Source of the DNA: Rhizophagus irregularis
Lineage: Eukaryota
DNA length: 64,000 bases
Assembly: GCF_026210795.1 (NCBI RefSeq)
Contig: NC_089429.1
Coordinates: 5,394,001-5,458,000, forward strand
Direction of reading: 5' to 3'
How positions within the stretch are numbered: the stretch's first letter is position 1; every line of letters begins with the position of its first letter. The notes beneath the pieces are model-generated. The model was not told the DNA's origin, did no database searches, and worked only from the letters and a program-made list of their open reading frames with translations. This document shows, one piece after another, positions 1 to 13,120 of the stretch. Both the position numbers and the translations under genes were made by a program.

Positions 1-1411
1 GATCTTTTACTTTCGGTTCTGGTTCTTTCCTCTTTTCTTTTTTGAACCACCTTTTTTCCATTTTTTTTTTCCTCTTTCTTTTTCGGTTTGGTTTTTTTTT
101 CCAACCCGAGAATTTTTTTGGTTTTTTTATTCTTTCCCTGTTTGGTTTGGTTTTTTTTTCCAAACTGAAAATTTTTTTTTTATAAATAATCCTATTGTTT
201 GGTCTTTTAAGACCGATTTTTTTTATATTATTATTTTTTTTGGTCTTTTTTTAGACCATATTATTAATTTATTTTAAAATTTTTTTTTCAGTCTTTTTGG
301 ATCAGATTATTGTTCTTTTTTTTCAGAATTTTTTTCGGTACTTATTTTTTTTTCGGTTCTTTCCTTATCCTTTTTCTTTTCCCCCAAATTTTATTTTTTG
401 CTTTTTTTTTCAATTTTCTTAATTGTTATTTTTTTTTCCCAAACCACATTCTTAAACCATTTAGATTTAGATCAGTGATCGGATTGACGCTGTGGCACCA
501 CGGTAATTGCCTTTTTTCCCGATTCTTATTATTATTAGTAATATTTTCCTAATTATTTTTTAGGCTCAATATAAATAGACTGAAATAATTTACTTATTTA
601 TTTTTTGTAAAAATAGATCGGTTTAGTAAATTCTATGGGAAAATGTTTTTTCATGACAATAGATTGTTATAATTGATTTTTGGGGGATTGTGAAATATTT
701 TTTTGGGAGGATTGCTAACTGACGCCTGGGCGGTTTTTTATCAAATATGTCACATGATGTACAAATTTATTAGTCGGCTGATGGCTGATTTTTTAACTTG
801 GCTATTTTGATCGGTTAAACTTAAATTTTATTGCGATGATATTTATAAAAAAAAAATTTTTTTGCATATTTATTCAAAATAATCTTATTTGATAAAATTT
901 TATTTGCAAATATTAAAATTTAAGCCACACATTTACGATTTTAAAGAAAAAAATCACTGTATTTAAACAATAACAATAAATAAAAAGATAAATAAATTAC
1001 AATGACCAAGGAGAAAGATGCTAATAAAAAAATGAAATAACAATGGAGTAATGGAAAGTAATAGAAGATGAAAGAGAAAAAAAGAGTAATGAGAAGCAAA
1101 AAGGAGAAATAGGATATGATGAGAGATGAAAAGTAGTGATAGGAAACGAAAAGAAGTGACGGGAGACGAAGAGGAGTGATGGGAGGTAAAAAGGAGTGAT
1201 GGGAGACGAAGAGGAGTGATGGGAAGTAAAAAGGAGTGATGGGAGACGAAGAGGAGTAATGGGAAGTAAAAAGGAGTGATGGGAGACGTAAAGAATTGAT
1301 GAGAAGATGAAGAGGAGTGATGGGAGACGTGTGTTATTATTACTCTCTTTATTACTCTCTTACTTGATGGGCAAGTATCATTCCCGCTGCAACGCGACAG
1401 GTTACATCTAG
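1..1411 (+). mobile_element. Non-autonomous Helitron-like element, 3' part
   Basis: Ends in a GC hairpin (CCCGCTGC-AAC-GCGACAGG) followed by TTACAT-CTAG|T at 1408-1412, the canonical Helitron 3' end. A related end lies at 32439-32467 on the minus strand. Segment ~715-1330 is homologous to ~25020-25810. The 5' boundary is not determined. Confidence 0.65.
1110..1330. repeat. GA-rich ~20-bp minisatellite (GAAGAGGAGTGATGGGAGAC-like)
   Basis: About 10 tandem units are visible. A related array lies at ~25580-25810. Confidence 0.85.
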
Positions 1412-1809
1412 TATATACTATTAAAATTTAATATTGACAATAGTATATAATCTATAATGTGATGAACAATAATTTTTAATGTTAAGTTTCGGAGAAATCC
1501 CCCTATTTATATAAAATTATGTATCACGTGTATGTGATATAATCCGCAGTTCGATCAACTAAATTTTTTTTAACCTTTTTTTTAACCTTTTTTTTTAACA
1601 TTTTTTTTTTAAACTTTTTTTTTGAACCTTTTTTTTCATTTTTCCCTTTTCTTTCATTCGCCCCTTCATTTCCCTTCATACCCTTCTTTTGTCTCTCCTT
1701 TATTCTTTCCTTTTCCTTCCCTTCTCTTTTCCCTTTACTTTTACATTTCCCATTTCTTTTTTTTCTTTTTTCCGACCTTTTGTTGAAAAATCTTACTAGC
1801 TATCTCTCC

Positions 1810-3420
1810 TTAGATGCGAACTTCGGTAAATTTGTCTTTTTTTTTAATTGTTTATTTTTTAACTAACGATTTCTAATAGTTGTTTTTCTTACTTTTTTTT
1901 AGACGATTTAGTTCTTCGGCTATTTTGACACGTGGGAATAAGGTGGAAATTTTTTTTTTTCTTAATTATCTATTTCAATGAAACGTTTTTAACATTTCAA
2001 CTTTTTTCTTTTTTTTTTAGGCAGTTCTTTCGGTCTTTTTAGACGCAAATCTCGGTAAGTTATTCAATTTTTTTTTTTAATTGTTTTGTTTTAACGAACA
2101 GATTCTAACAATTCGTTTACTTTCTTTTATCTAGGCGATTCTTTTAATTTTCTTTGGATATAGGATTCTGGTATGATATTTTTTGTTTTTTTTTTTGTTT
2201 TTTCTTTAATTATTTTATTTAATGAACTTTATTAATAGTTCGTTTTTCTTCTTTTAGAGTTGCCAATTCTCTTTGGAAATAGAAATGAGTGTCCATCTCT
2301 TGTGGAAATAGAGGTAGGTTTTTTTTTATAGTTTGTTGTTTTTTTTTGTTTTCGTCTTTGGTACTAAATTTTCTTCTTTTTAGGACTTATCTATCGGATA
2401 TGTGGGATTTTGGTGAGAAATCAGACAATATTTTTTAATGTTTCTTTATATTTTTTTAACGAACCGTTTTTTAATATTTTGGGGTTTCTTTTTTTTAGGT
2501 GACCGGATCTTAAAAGTATTGTATCAGAACTTTCTTTGAAATTATTCCTTTTAACGAAACATTTTACTAACGTTTTGATATTTCTCCTTTTTTTTAGGCA
2601 ACAGATCTTTGAAAAATGTTAATTTCAGTAAGTATTGAAACTTTTCTTTGAACTTATTCCTTTAACAAAACATTTTATTAACCTTTCAATATTCTCTTTT
2701 TTTTAGGTTGAGCGTGTCTTGGACACGTGAAGTTTTTTATAGGTAAACGAAATACAACAAATTGCCCGAATCTTTGAAAAAAATGGTTAGACCAAATATA
2801 TTTAATATATATGAATATTGAATTTTTTTTAGAAAAGAACAATTATTTATTTGATTTAAAAGATTTTTTTTAATTTATACTTTAATGAAACGTTTTACTA
2901 ACGTTCTCTTTTTTTTAGACGGCCAGTACCTGGGCGCGTATTGTTTCGGTAAGGGATTCCAAAATATATTTTATTAATTTAATTCTTTTAGTGAAACGTT
3001 TTACTAACATTTCAATTTTCTCTTTTTTTTTATATGCAGTCAAGTCCTTGGACGCGCAGAATTTTGGTAGGGGATTCTTTCTTTAACGAAACGCGGAATT
3101 GGTAAGTTTTTTCTCTGCTTTAGTTTATTTATTCTAACGAAATTTATTTTAACATTCCAAATTTTATTCTTTTTTTTGATAGGCCTGAACGTATGGATTT
3201 TGAAAAATTTCTTTTTTTAGACAGATTTAGAACGTGGATTTTGGTAGGAAGACGAATATGTTTTTTAATCTTTTTATTTAACGTTAACAAAATGTTTCTA
3301 ACATTTCGTTCTTTTCCTTTTTTTAGACGAGTGTGTTGGTTTTCAGATTTTGGCAAGTATTTTCTTTATCTTTAATTATATTAACGAACAGTTACTAATG
3401 TATAATTTCTTTAATAGCGT
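1810..3420 (+). other. Periodic array of ~14 micro-exon/intron units (probably non-coding or decayed)
   Basis: Repeated poly-T-AG acceptor, ~25-55 nt exon-like block, G|GTAAG-type donor and TTTTACTAAC-type branch motif, roughly every 100-115 bp. Confidence 0.6.
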
Positions 3421-3719
3421 TTACATCAAAAAAAGATGAAGAATGGTGAAGAGAGGAGTATTTAAAGGAGGATAGAGGAAATGTATTTTACAATTAAAAT
3501 TACAGATGTATTTTTACAATAAAATTTACAATATATTTTACAATAATTTGTTACAATTTATATTAAATATACATATTAATAAATTAATATTACAATTAAT
3601 ATTATATAACTATTGTACGATGTCCCTACAAGACCAATAACGAGTATCTTAACATGGTTTGTATATAATGTACTGTAATATTAATTTTACAATACATTTA
3701 AAAAATTTTAAGTTGTTAG

Positions 3720-4255
3720 CAAAGAAATTACGCAAATACTAAATTGATGGTAAGAATTTCATTTATTGGTATTTTATTCAATGATAAAGGCTTTAAATAT
3801 TTATAATTTTCTTCTTTTTCTTTGTTTTATTAAAAAAAAAGAATGTAATCGTTGCCAAGGAACTAAGTCGTATTGTTCAAAACGAAAGTATGTATGATAA
3901 AAATATGAAGAAAAACTCATTTTTTACTAGCATGTACTATAACTTTTTTTATTATTATGTAGATATTAGAACGTATTCGCTTCATCCTGGTGTAATTAAT
4001 ACAAATATCAATCACATGAATAACAGATATACAACTTATTTTATAAATTTAGTAGTAATGATGTTTGAAATATCAGCTGAACAAGGTGCCATCAATACTC
4101 TTTATCCTGTACTTTCTCCCGAAAATAAAGAAACAGGAGAGTACTATAACGAAGGAATTAAACAGGAGCCAAGTAAAGTTGCAAATGATCAAGAAGTTGC
4201 AGATAAATTGTGGAAAGTTTCTGAACAATTATTAAGAGAACGTGGATTGATTTAA
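3720..4255 (+). pseudogene. SDR 3' fragment (end of exon 4, exons 5-6)
   Basis: Starts abruptly at ..NYANTKLM and is nearly identical to ~7880-8413. The 5' exons are absent from this window. Confidence 0.85.
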
Positions 4256-4854
4256 ATATCAAGTTTTCTTTGTTTTCTTCTTGTATTACACAGTAACATT
4301 TTAAATAGATAAATATAAATATTGTATGTGTTTTTAAAGAATAGTATAAAAAATAAATTCTTTATTTGATAATATTAAAATTAATGAATATTTCATTATT
4401 CGCGTGTTATATATAATTTATATCAAATCATTAGTCGCGTGGAATGATCCTATATGTTCTATCGAATATTCTCAAAAAAAATTTTCGAGGTTTTTATTAT
4501 GAAAATCTCGGACATGTGATAATTTTAAAGTAGAGCCTTAATTCGTTACGTTTGAATAATACTTGAATAAACAAATTATAATTTACATTTTCGAATAAAT
4601 TAACTGAGTTTTATGTTCATGTTTAATAATAGACATCGATAAATAACTAAAAAAAATATGTTCAAGCTAATGGAAATTTTTTAACTTGGTTGATGAATTT
4701 GAAGCTGCCGATCAACTCTGCAATTTCATTTAATTATTTCTTTTGTTCAGGTGATAATGATGATGTAATATCGAATAGGTAAATACCAACTAACCCTTTC
4801 AACCATTTTAAATTTTTTTAAAAAATTTACTTATTGTACATTATCTATAATTAG

Positions 4855-5855
4855 GAATGGATCAAAAAGAAAATAAAAGATGTTGAATATAGCGAATTTA
4901 AAGACGTTAAAGAAATTGGTAAAAGAGGATTTGGTGTTGTAAATAGGGTGGCAACTAATGATGGAATGCAAGTTGCACTTAAAAGCATTATCGAGAAGAA
5001 AACTTCAAAACTTGAAGATGATGATATTAAAAAGTTTGTAAATGAGGTAAAAAATTTTATTTTTGTCAATTTACTGTATACAAAGTTAAAATTTAACATA
5101 TTATGCTCATTTCATTCTTTATTCAGATAAAACTTGTTCGTATGGTTGGTTTTCATCAATGTCAATGGCTTTCTTGGAATATCAAAGGGTTATTAAAAAT
5201 TTTATTAATAATTTAAACATTAACAACTTTTAAAATTACATTAATCTATTTAAATGAATAGATGATATCGGGAATTATATTATGGTATTGGAATATGCCA
5301 ATGAAGGAAATTTAAGAGACTATTTGATAAATGAAAAAATGGAGAGATTTAAGGAAGAAAGATTCATTAGAATGGAAGGATAAGATTCTTATGGCATATG
5401 ATGTTACTTGTGGATTAAATGTTTACAATCCAAAGACATAATCCATAGAAACTTGGTAAACCAATAATTTTTATAATACATTTAATATTTAACGTATCGT
5501 TTCGTTAAATAATGTTAATAATTATAACACACAAAAAACATATTAGTGAATAGTGAATAATGGTGGATTATTAACTAAACAACTAATGGAATTACATCTA
5601 GCTAGTACTGTAGTAGTTCAGTAGCTACTAGGATGAGAATGATTGAATATATTGAACCACAATGTAAACTATAAAAGAGACAAAAAATCTGATATTTATA
5701 GTTTAGGTGTTCTATTTTGGGAAATTATAAGTGGACATCCTCCTTTTTTCAAAAAGTATCTTTGCATTATGTCGTTGCATTTGTGGTGGTTATAGAGAAG
5801 AACCAATTGAAGGTACGCTTTTAGAGTATAGTCAACTTTATCAAAAATGCTGGGG
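4855..5855 (+). pseudogene. Tyrosine-kinase-like protein kinase pseudogene
   Basis: Motifs IGKRGFGVV, VALK, MVLEYANEGNLRDYL, IIHRNL, KSDIYSLGVLFWEIISGHPPF and YQKCW are spread over intron-separated pieces with frameshifts and stops. No intact DFG motif. Confidence 0.85.
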
Positions 5856-7019
5856 TAGAGATACGACTATCTCTCGTGGAATCGAAATCGCAACCTGTGT
5901 ATTTCATATGTCTCAACTTCGCGAAAATTACAACTTCCCATATATTGCTACTTGTTGGGTGGCAGCACATCAATTTTAGAACAACTTAACAGAATATTTA
6001 ATGATAAATTTAAGGTTGTAGACCAAATTTTGTAACCTGTTGATTGCGAATTAAATGAAAATATAACGTAACGAGTCAAATGGTAAAAAAAAGTCAGAAC
6101 GATATGATGGTGGTAATAATTATTAATAATAATGATGACGGTAGTGCTGATGGTGATGATGATGGCGATGGTGATGGTGATCGTGATCGTAGTAGTGGAG
6201 CTAAGGGCAAAACAGACATAAAATTCTCTTTATAACATTTTCCGAATGTGAAGAATATTTTCAAGAATTTGTAATCCGTGTTCATTTAATGCAAAAATTG
6301 ATAAATATGCTGATTCTAGACGAAAGAGGTACAACATAGTAGTATACACGCTATAAACAATTGGAATATTCATATCCGTATCCGAGAATATATTATATCA
6401 GGTGGGTTGTTCACGAGTGGAGGAGGGGAGGACAAATGTCGAAACCATTGTGCTTGAATTCTGAGGACAGCATTTCTATGTAATAACTGAACCTATCTCG
6501 TCATCCGAATAAATTATCTAGTTTTAGGTTTCTACCGAATCATTTTTATTACATTTAATTAAAATAAATAAAATTATTGTTATTTTTATAATGGCTGTTA
6601 ATAAAAACTATGATAAGATAAATGAATACTTATTAATATATTCATTGACCAATTACTTTGGATATTACTTTCTGGTCATTTGATCATTTAAAGGATCATC
6701 ATTTGTCATTTGATTTTGATTGGTTGACATCTTATCACATGATTTAATTGAAATTATACCCTGAATACTAGTAAATTTTAGAATCGGAACATGATCGGCA
6801 TCGGCCGATAATTTATCCGAATTTTATTTGTCGTTATCCCTAATTATAATTAATACTTATCTAATATTGTATTACACACATTCAAATAAATTCCCATGTA
6901 TTGAATGTTGTGTACTTTTTCGTGGAATAATTTGTTTCCGAATAATTTATTCCGTACTTATAAAAAGAAATTGAAATCTACAATAATTATTTTAGTTTTT
7001 TTTAAATTAAAAAAAAAAA

Positions 7020-8413
7020 ATGCCAGTCAAATTAGATAATAATTACGATTTGTCAGGATACGTTATAATTCTTACTGGTGCGACTGATGGTAAATAAATT
7101 CAACTCCACTTAAAATAATTCAATCACTTTGCTTACATTTTATATTATTTATTAGGTATCGGTAAAGATATGGCAAGAATTTTAGCTGGATTTAATCCAA
7201 AACGATTGATTTTACCAGTTCGTAATAAAGAAAAAGGAAATATTTTATTAGAATATATTAAATCTTCTAATGGACATGCAAAGAATGTTGAAATTTGGGA
7301 AATGGATTTAGCAGATTTACAAAGTGTAAAAAACTTTGCTAATAAATTCATCAAAGAAGTTGGAGAATTACATATGTTATTAAATAATGCAGGTAATCTT
7401 CGGAGTCCCTTGCAACGGACTTATTGCCCAATACTTTCATGCTGGAGGGAGTAGACTACCTTCACCTACCAATTTTTCTGGAAGTAAGTTTCGAAGCGAA
7501 ACTTGGTTATTAATACTATTGCATTTTTTATCTGTATTTATCTATTCGACGTATCTTTCGCCGTAGGAGTAATGTCTAGCAATCAAGTTATTAAAACAAA
7601 GGATAACCTTGAAATACAATTTCAGGTAAATTTATTATTATTTTTTTATCTACAAATCGTTTGTATAGCATTCGCTTTATAACATTCATATATTATTATA
7701 GGTCAACCATTTAGCGCCATTTTTACTTACTTTATTGTTATTGGATACAATAAAAAAATCGGTTTCCGCTGAATTACCCGGAAAAATTGCATTTACTAGC
7801 TCATCTGGTCATTTCAATGGCGAGATTGACTTTGACAACTTAAATCTCGAAAAACGTTCTAGCTACTGGCATCCTATTAAAGGAAATTACGGAAATACTA
7901 AATTGATGGTAAGTATTTCATTTATTGGTATTTTATTCAATGATAAAGACTTAAATTTTTACGTTTTTCTTCTTTTCCTTTTTTTTTTAAAAAAAAGAAT
8001 GTTATTGTTGCCAAGGAACTAAGTCGTATTGTTCAAAACGAAAGTATGTATGACAAAAATATGAAGAAAACTCATTTTTTACTAGCATGCATGTACTGTA
8101 ACTTTTTTTTAATTATGTAGATATTAGAACGTATTCGCTTCATCCTGGTATAATTAGTACAAATTTAAACCACATGAATAACAGATATACAACTTATTTT
8201 ATAAATTTATTGATAATGATGTTTGAAATATCAGCTGAACAAGGTGCCATTAATACTCTTTATCCTGTACTTTCTCCCGAAAATAAAGAAACAGGAGAAT
8301 ACTATAACGAAGGAATTAAACAGGAGCCAAATAAAATTGCTAATGATCAAGAAGTTGCAAATAAATTGTGGAAAGTTTCTGAACAATTATTAAGAGAACA
8401 TGGGTTGATTTAA
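7020..8413 (+). CDS. Short-chain dehydrogenase/reductase, RDH12/WWOX-like (copy A), 6 exons: 7020-7089, 7156-7392, 7567-7625, 7702-7908, 7998-8043, 8121-8413
   Basis: TGATDGIG Rossmann motif, DLADLQSV, NNAG, QFQVNHL, YGNTK (YxxxK) and HPG. GT-AG introns join in frame. Confidence 0.92.
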
Positions 8414-9088
8414 ATACCAAGTTTGCTTTTTTCTTTGTAACAATTTTTTTGTACACACAGTAAATATAAGTTAACTTCAGTTATTATAAATAGTATATAC
8501 CAGTATGTGTTTTTAAAGAATAATATAAAATAAATCCTTTATCCAATATTACTGTATTTACGACTTACAACATTTTACTACGGTAAACGGAATTAAATTA
8601 TTTACGACATACTGTATTACTGTATGTACTCATTATACTGTAAATGATATAATTAGGGAATTTCGGTGGCACCTATACCGAGATGAGAGCTCTTGAAAAA
8701 TAAAGAAACGCGAAAATAGTGTAATGAAAGACTCAAATAAAGTTGTATTAAATATTTGCGTAGATAATAGTTACACAAGCACATGCAAGTGACACTCGGG
8801 ACATTCGGCAATACTCGGTAAAATTCAGAGTCAGACTAAGATAAAAATTATATCGTTAAATTCGGAGCACTGATCCGAGTATATGCCGAGTTACTTTCGG
8901 CAAGTGATTAAAGTGTCACCCGTATCTTATGAAAACAGCAGTAATGAAAATGTGAAATGATGTACAACCGAGTTTCTTTTATTATCCTTATTACGCGCTG
9001 CGGATATGAACAGTCAATTTATCTATTTAAAGCTCAAAATTCTCACTTGAAGTTCTAAACTGTCGACTCCAAAAAAAAAAAAAAAAAA

Positions 9089-10390
9089 ATGCCAGTTAAA
9101 TTAGAAATTCAAGATTTGTCGAAATATGTTATAATACTTACTGGTGCAACTGATGGTAAAATATTTTTTTTCAAAATTAAAATTTTTCTTAGTATGATAA
9201 TAATTCTTTTTATTTAATTTTAAGGCATCGGTAAAGAAATGGCGAGGATTTTAGCCAAATCTAATCCCAAGCGATTGATTTTACCGGCTCGTAATATAGA
9301 AAAAGGAAATAAGTTATTAGAATATATTAAATCTTCTAATGGGAATGCAAACAATGTTGAAATTTGGGAAATGGATCTAGCAGATTTACAAAGTGTAAAA
9401 AACTTTGCTAATAAATTCATTAAAGAAGTTGGAGAATTACATATTTTAATTAATAATGCAGGTAAAAAAAAAAAATGAAAATAAAAATAGCGACTTATTA
9501 ATCACGTTTCACGTTTATATATTTACTTATTTGAAATATTTTGTAGGAATAGTCGTTCAGAATCAAATAATTAAAACGAAGGATAACCTGGAATTACAAT
9601 TTCAGGTAATTAATTTACTACCTTTTTTTTTCAAGTCGTTTATTTTTGATATTCGCTTATTAACTTTTATACATTATTCAGGTCAATCATTTAGCACAAT
9701 TTTTACTTACTTTATTGTTATTGGATACAATAAAAAAATCGGTTTCTGCTGAATTACCTGGAAAAATTGCATTAACTAGTTCAGAAGCAAATCAGTTTGG
9801 AGAAATTGATTTTGATAATTTAAACCTTGAAAAAGGTAATTACTGGAATCCTATTAAATCCTATGGAAATACGAAATTGATGGTAATTATTTAAATCAAA
9901 TTTCATTTTTAATAGTTTTAAATCTTATTAAAAAAATTTTATTATTTTTGATTTTTGATTTTTTTTTAAAAAAGAAAGTTATTGTTGCCAAGGAATTAGG
10001 CCGTTTAGTTCAAAACGATAGTAAGTATTATAAAAAAAAAAAATTTTTTTACAGCATGAAAGAAAAATGTTTTAACTCTTTTCTTTTAAACATGTAGATA
10101 TTACAACATATTCGCTTCATCCTGGTATGATTAGTACAAATATAAACCACATGAATAACAGATATACAACTTATTTAGTAAATTTATTAGCAATGGTGTT
10201 TGGAATAACAGCTGAACAAGGTGCCATCAATACTCTCTATCCCGTATTTTCTCTCGAAAATAAAGAAACGGGAAAATATTATAATGAAGGTATTGAAAAG
10301 GAACCAAATAAAGTTGCTAATGATCAAGAAGTTGCAAAGAAACTATGGGATGTTTCTGAAAAAATATTAAAAGATCATGGAATGATCTAG
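9089..10390 (+). CDS. SDR, RDH12/WWOX-like (copy B), 6 exons
   Basis: Same motifs and intron positions as copy A. No disruption seen. Confidence 0.9.
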
Positions 10391-10548
10391 AAATTTTATT
10401 TATTTTTTAATTTATCTTATTTTTATTTTTGTAATAATTACTCTGTATTATTTAAATAAAATAAATTAGCATTTCACTTATTGTCGTTGTAAGATTCTGA
10501 ATTAAAATGCGAGGCAATAATTCGACTATAATTTTAGACTAAAATCTA

Positions 10549-10731
10549 CCCTATAAAAAACTTTATCCGTTATTTCTGTAAAAACTCCGTAAAATGAGCC
10601 TTTCACGGATCCATTCACCGGAAATGTAAATAAATCGATAAATTCCGTGATATAAGGTTATTAATTCCGGAAATATGAGCCTTTTACGGAAAAAGATGGA
10701 ATATAAAAAACGGATCGATTTTTTTACAAGG
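10549..10731. mobile_element. MITE with CCCTATAAAAAA-type TIRs and CTA TSD (CMC/CACTA-like)
   Basis: CTA|CCCTATAAAAAA ... TTTTTTACAAGG|CTA. A duplicate copy lies at 20502-20689. Confidence 0.65.
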
Positions 10732-12414
10732 CTAGTCAGAATTTAATAAAGTCGTTATAGGTACGAATTTCTTTGAAAACTTTAAATAAATATATGCCGA
10801 ACCTTCTTAGATCGTAGGTTATACTATTCATACCTTCATTAACTTGTAACTATCAATTTTTCGTGTGTAAAAATCCTAATACTGATATCTGGTACAGTAT
10901 CATTTCACATCATTCTTCAATGTATATATAACTCTTTGTTGTTTTAAAATTTAATCATTCATACATTTTAAAATGCTGTAACTTATAGCATAATGGAATA
11001 AAAAAAATTTCTGTGATAATAAATCAAAGACTTTGACCATGATTAGGTTGTTCCAACTTTGATTGTTTGCTTAACGTCCAGATTTTCTATGTATAGTGTG
11101 ATAGACTATTATTGTGTTGTAAATTTAGCAAGCATAAAATTGTAACTCATGTTCTTGCCGTGTAATAAAGATTTTAATATACAATACTTCACCTTTTATT
11201 GCGTCAATTATTATCTATATTATTTTAATAGAACGTATCAAAGTAAGAAACGAAGGAACTTTTAAGAGAACCATATATAACTAGGAATACTTTACTGTTT
11301 TAGATATTCAAATTGGATGTAAATGTCACAAGTGAAGTTGCTGTTACTCAATTTCATTGACATTAACGTGTTATGGAGTAGAAAAAAGTATGTATCTGTT
11401 TTGGGAGTAACGAAAATATTTCATTTTTGAAGATATAGATTAGGGATAAAATATTATGATTTAAAAAGATTATGTGTTAGCAACTTGCGTGTGAAAAAAA
11501 CGTTCGAAACGTTTTTTGTACAATAATATATTTAAAAAAACGTTTTGCATCGATGATAACAGAATATTCTCTGAGTAAACATCTCATCAAGCATTACTGA
11601 TTCGTCATCCGTTATTGGTAAATAAATGGATGATCCGGTTTCAAATCGGATAAATCCTCGGATTGGCGGTGTAATGCCGTAGTATACATAGTGAATTTAT
11701 TAATTGTAAGGCGCAGCATTATATTTAGAATTAGTGTATAAATTTTTAGTAGTTTAAAATTGTATATCAATGGTCCGAAATGACGTTAAACTATATAATA
11801 GAGAACTATAAGTTATCAGGTGATTACGTCCGAGATGACGTTATTTTTATTTTTATTTTTAAAATCCACGTTCCGAGATGACGTTAAAGTCGTTAAACTA
11901 GTAGATCATTTTTAAAGAATTATATCAAGTGATTAAGGTTATCAGGTGATTCAAATTTGAAGATCATTTTAGAAGAAATCTATAATTAGGAAATTTACAT
12001 TTTTGGAAGTGGATTTGAAGGTCAAAAACGAAGAAAAATTCAAAATTTCAAAAACATGATAAACGCTAAGTATTGAAGTGTGCGGTTCGTTTGGGCATAA
12101 AATTAAAATTTTTGGTTTTGCCACAAAACATAGTGATGAAAGGCGCAAGAAGTTTCTTTAAGAAAGTATTTTTAGATTTATATAAAAAGGGGTAAATATT
12201 GACTTTGTGGAAATTCAGGATACGAATTTGGGGATTTATTTAGATAAATCACCCCATTCGGGTGATCATCAAAGGTTATAACCTTACGATTTATGTCACA
12301 AATGCATAGGTTATAACCTTATATGGGCGGCCCATGGGCCATAATTTAATGTCACGTGACCCGATTTTTTAATTCTGGCCCAACATGCGCAATTTTGGCA
12401 TGTTAATTTTGGAA

Positions 12415-13120
12415 CACGTTACATGCGCTAATTACTGTACATGTTACCCAAATGTAACATGCGGTGATTCAGACGCATGTTATTCATCCGTAACATGCGA
12501 TAAATTGGGCGCATGTTACCCATCTGTAACATGCAGTGATTCAGACACATGTTACGGATGGGTAATATGCGTTAATTCTGGCGCATGTTACTCATTTATA
12601 ACATGCACTAATTTGGGCGCATGTTACGCTTCTGTAACATGCGTTAATTCTGGCGCATGTTACTCATCCATAATATGCATTAATTCTGGCGCATGTTACT
12701 CATCTGTAACATGCGTTAATTCTGGTGCATGTTACGCTTCTGTAACATGCATTAATTCTGACGCATGTTACTCAATCGTAATATGCGTTAATTCCTGTGC
12801 ATTTTCGTTCTTAACGTCAATTAATTAGGTACATTACGCTTCGTAAGTACGTTAATTCTGGCGCTATTCTTTCATCCGTAACATGCGTTAATTCTGCATG
12901 CGCTGTACTCGTCAAGTTAGCATGTGTTAATTCTGGTGCATGTTACGCTTCTGTAACATGCGTTAATTCTGGCGCATGTTACTCATCCGTAATATGCGTT
13001 AATTCTGGCGCATGTTACTCATCCGTAATATGCGTTAATTCTGGCGCATGTTACTCATCCGTAACATGCGCTAATTTGGGTACATGTTACTGGCGCATGT
13101 TCCCTACAGTAACATGCAGT
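12415..13120. repeat. 36-bp hairpin minisatellite, left arm (~18 units)
   Basis: Unit GTAACATGCG-TTAATTCTGG-CGCATGTTAC-TCATCC/GCTTCT. Confidence 0.93.

Noticed and set aside
1412..3700. Terminal inverted repeats bounding the micro-exon array
   Set aside because: Similarity between ~1412-1450 and ~3662-3700 is weak and AT-rich, and no TSD was found.
7145..7354. Recurrent minus-strand ORFs (MNLLAKFFTLCKSA..) at each SDR copy
   Set aside because: They are antisense shadows of the conserved SDR exon 2.
12385..12828. Cys-rich 147-aa ORF as a real gene
   Set aside because: It is a translation of the minisatellite, mirrored on the opposite arm, and has no signal peptide.
12790..12930. Degenerate patch in the left arm as a biological signal
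   Set aside because: Clustered small indels inside a long palindrome could be a sequencing consensus error. This cannot be judged without reads.
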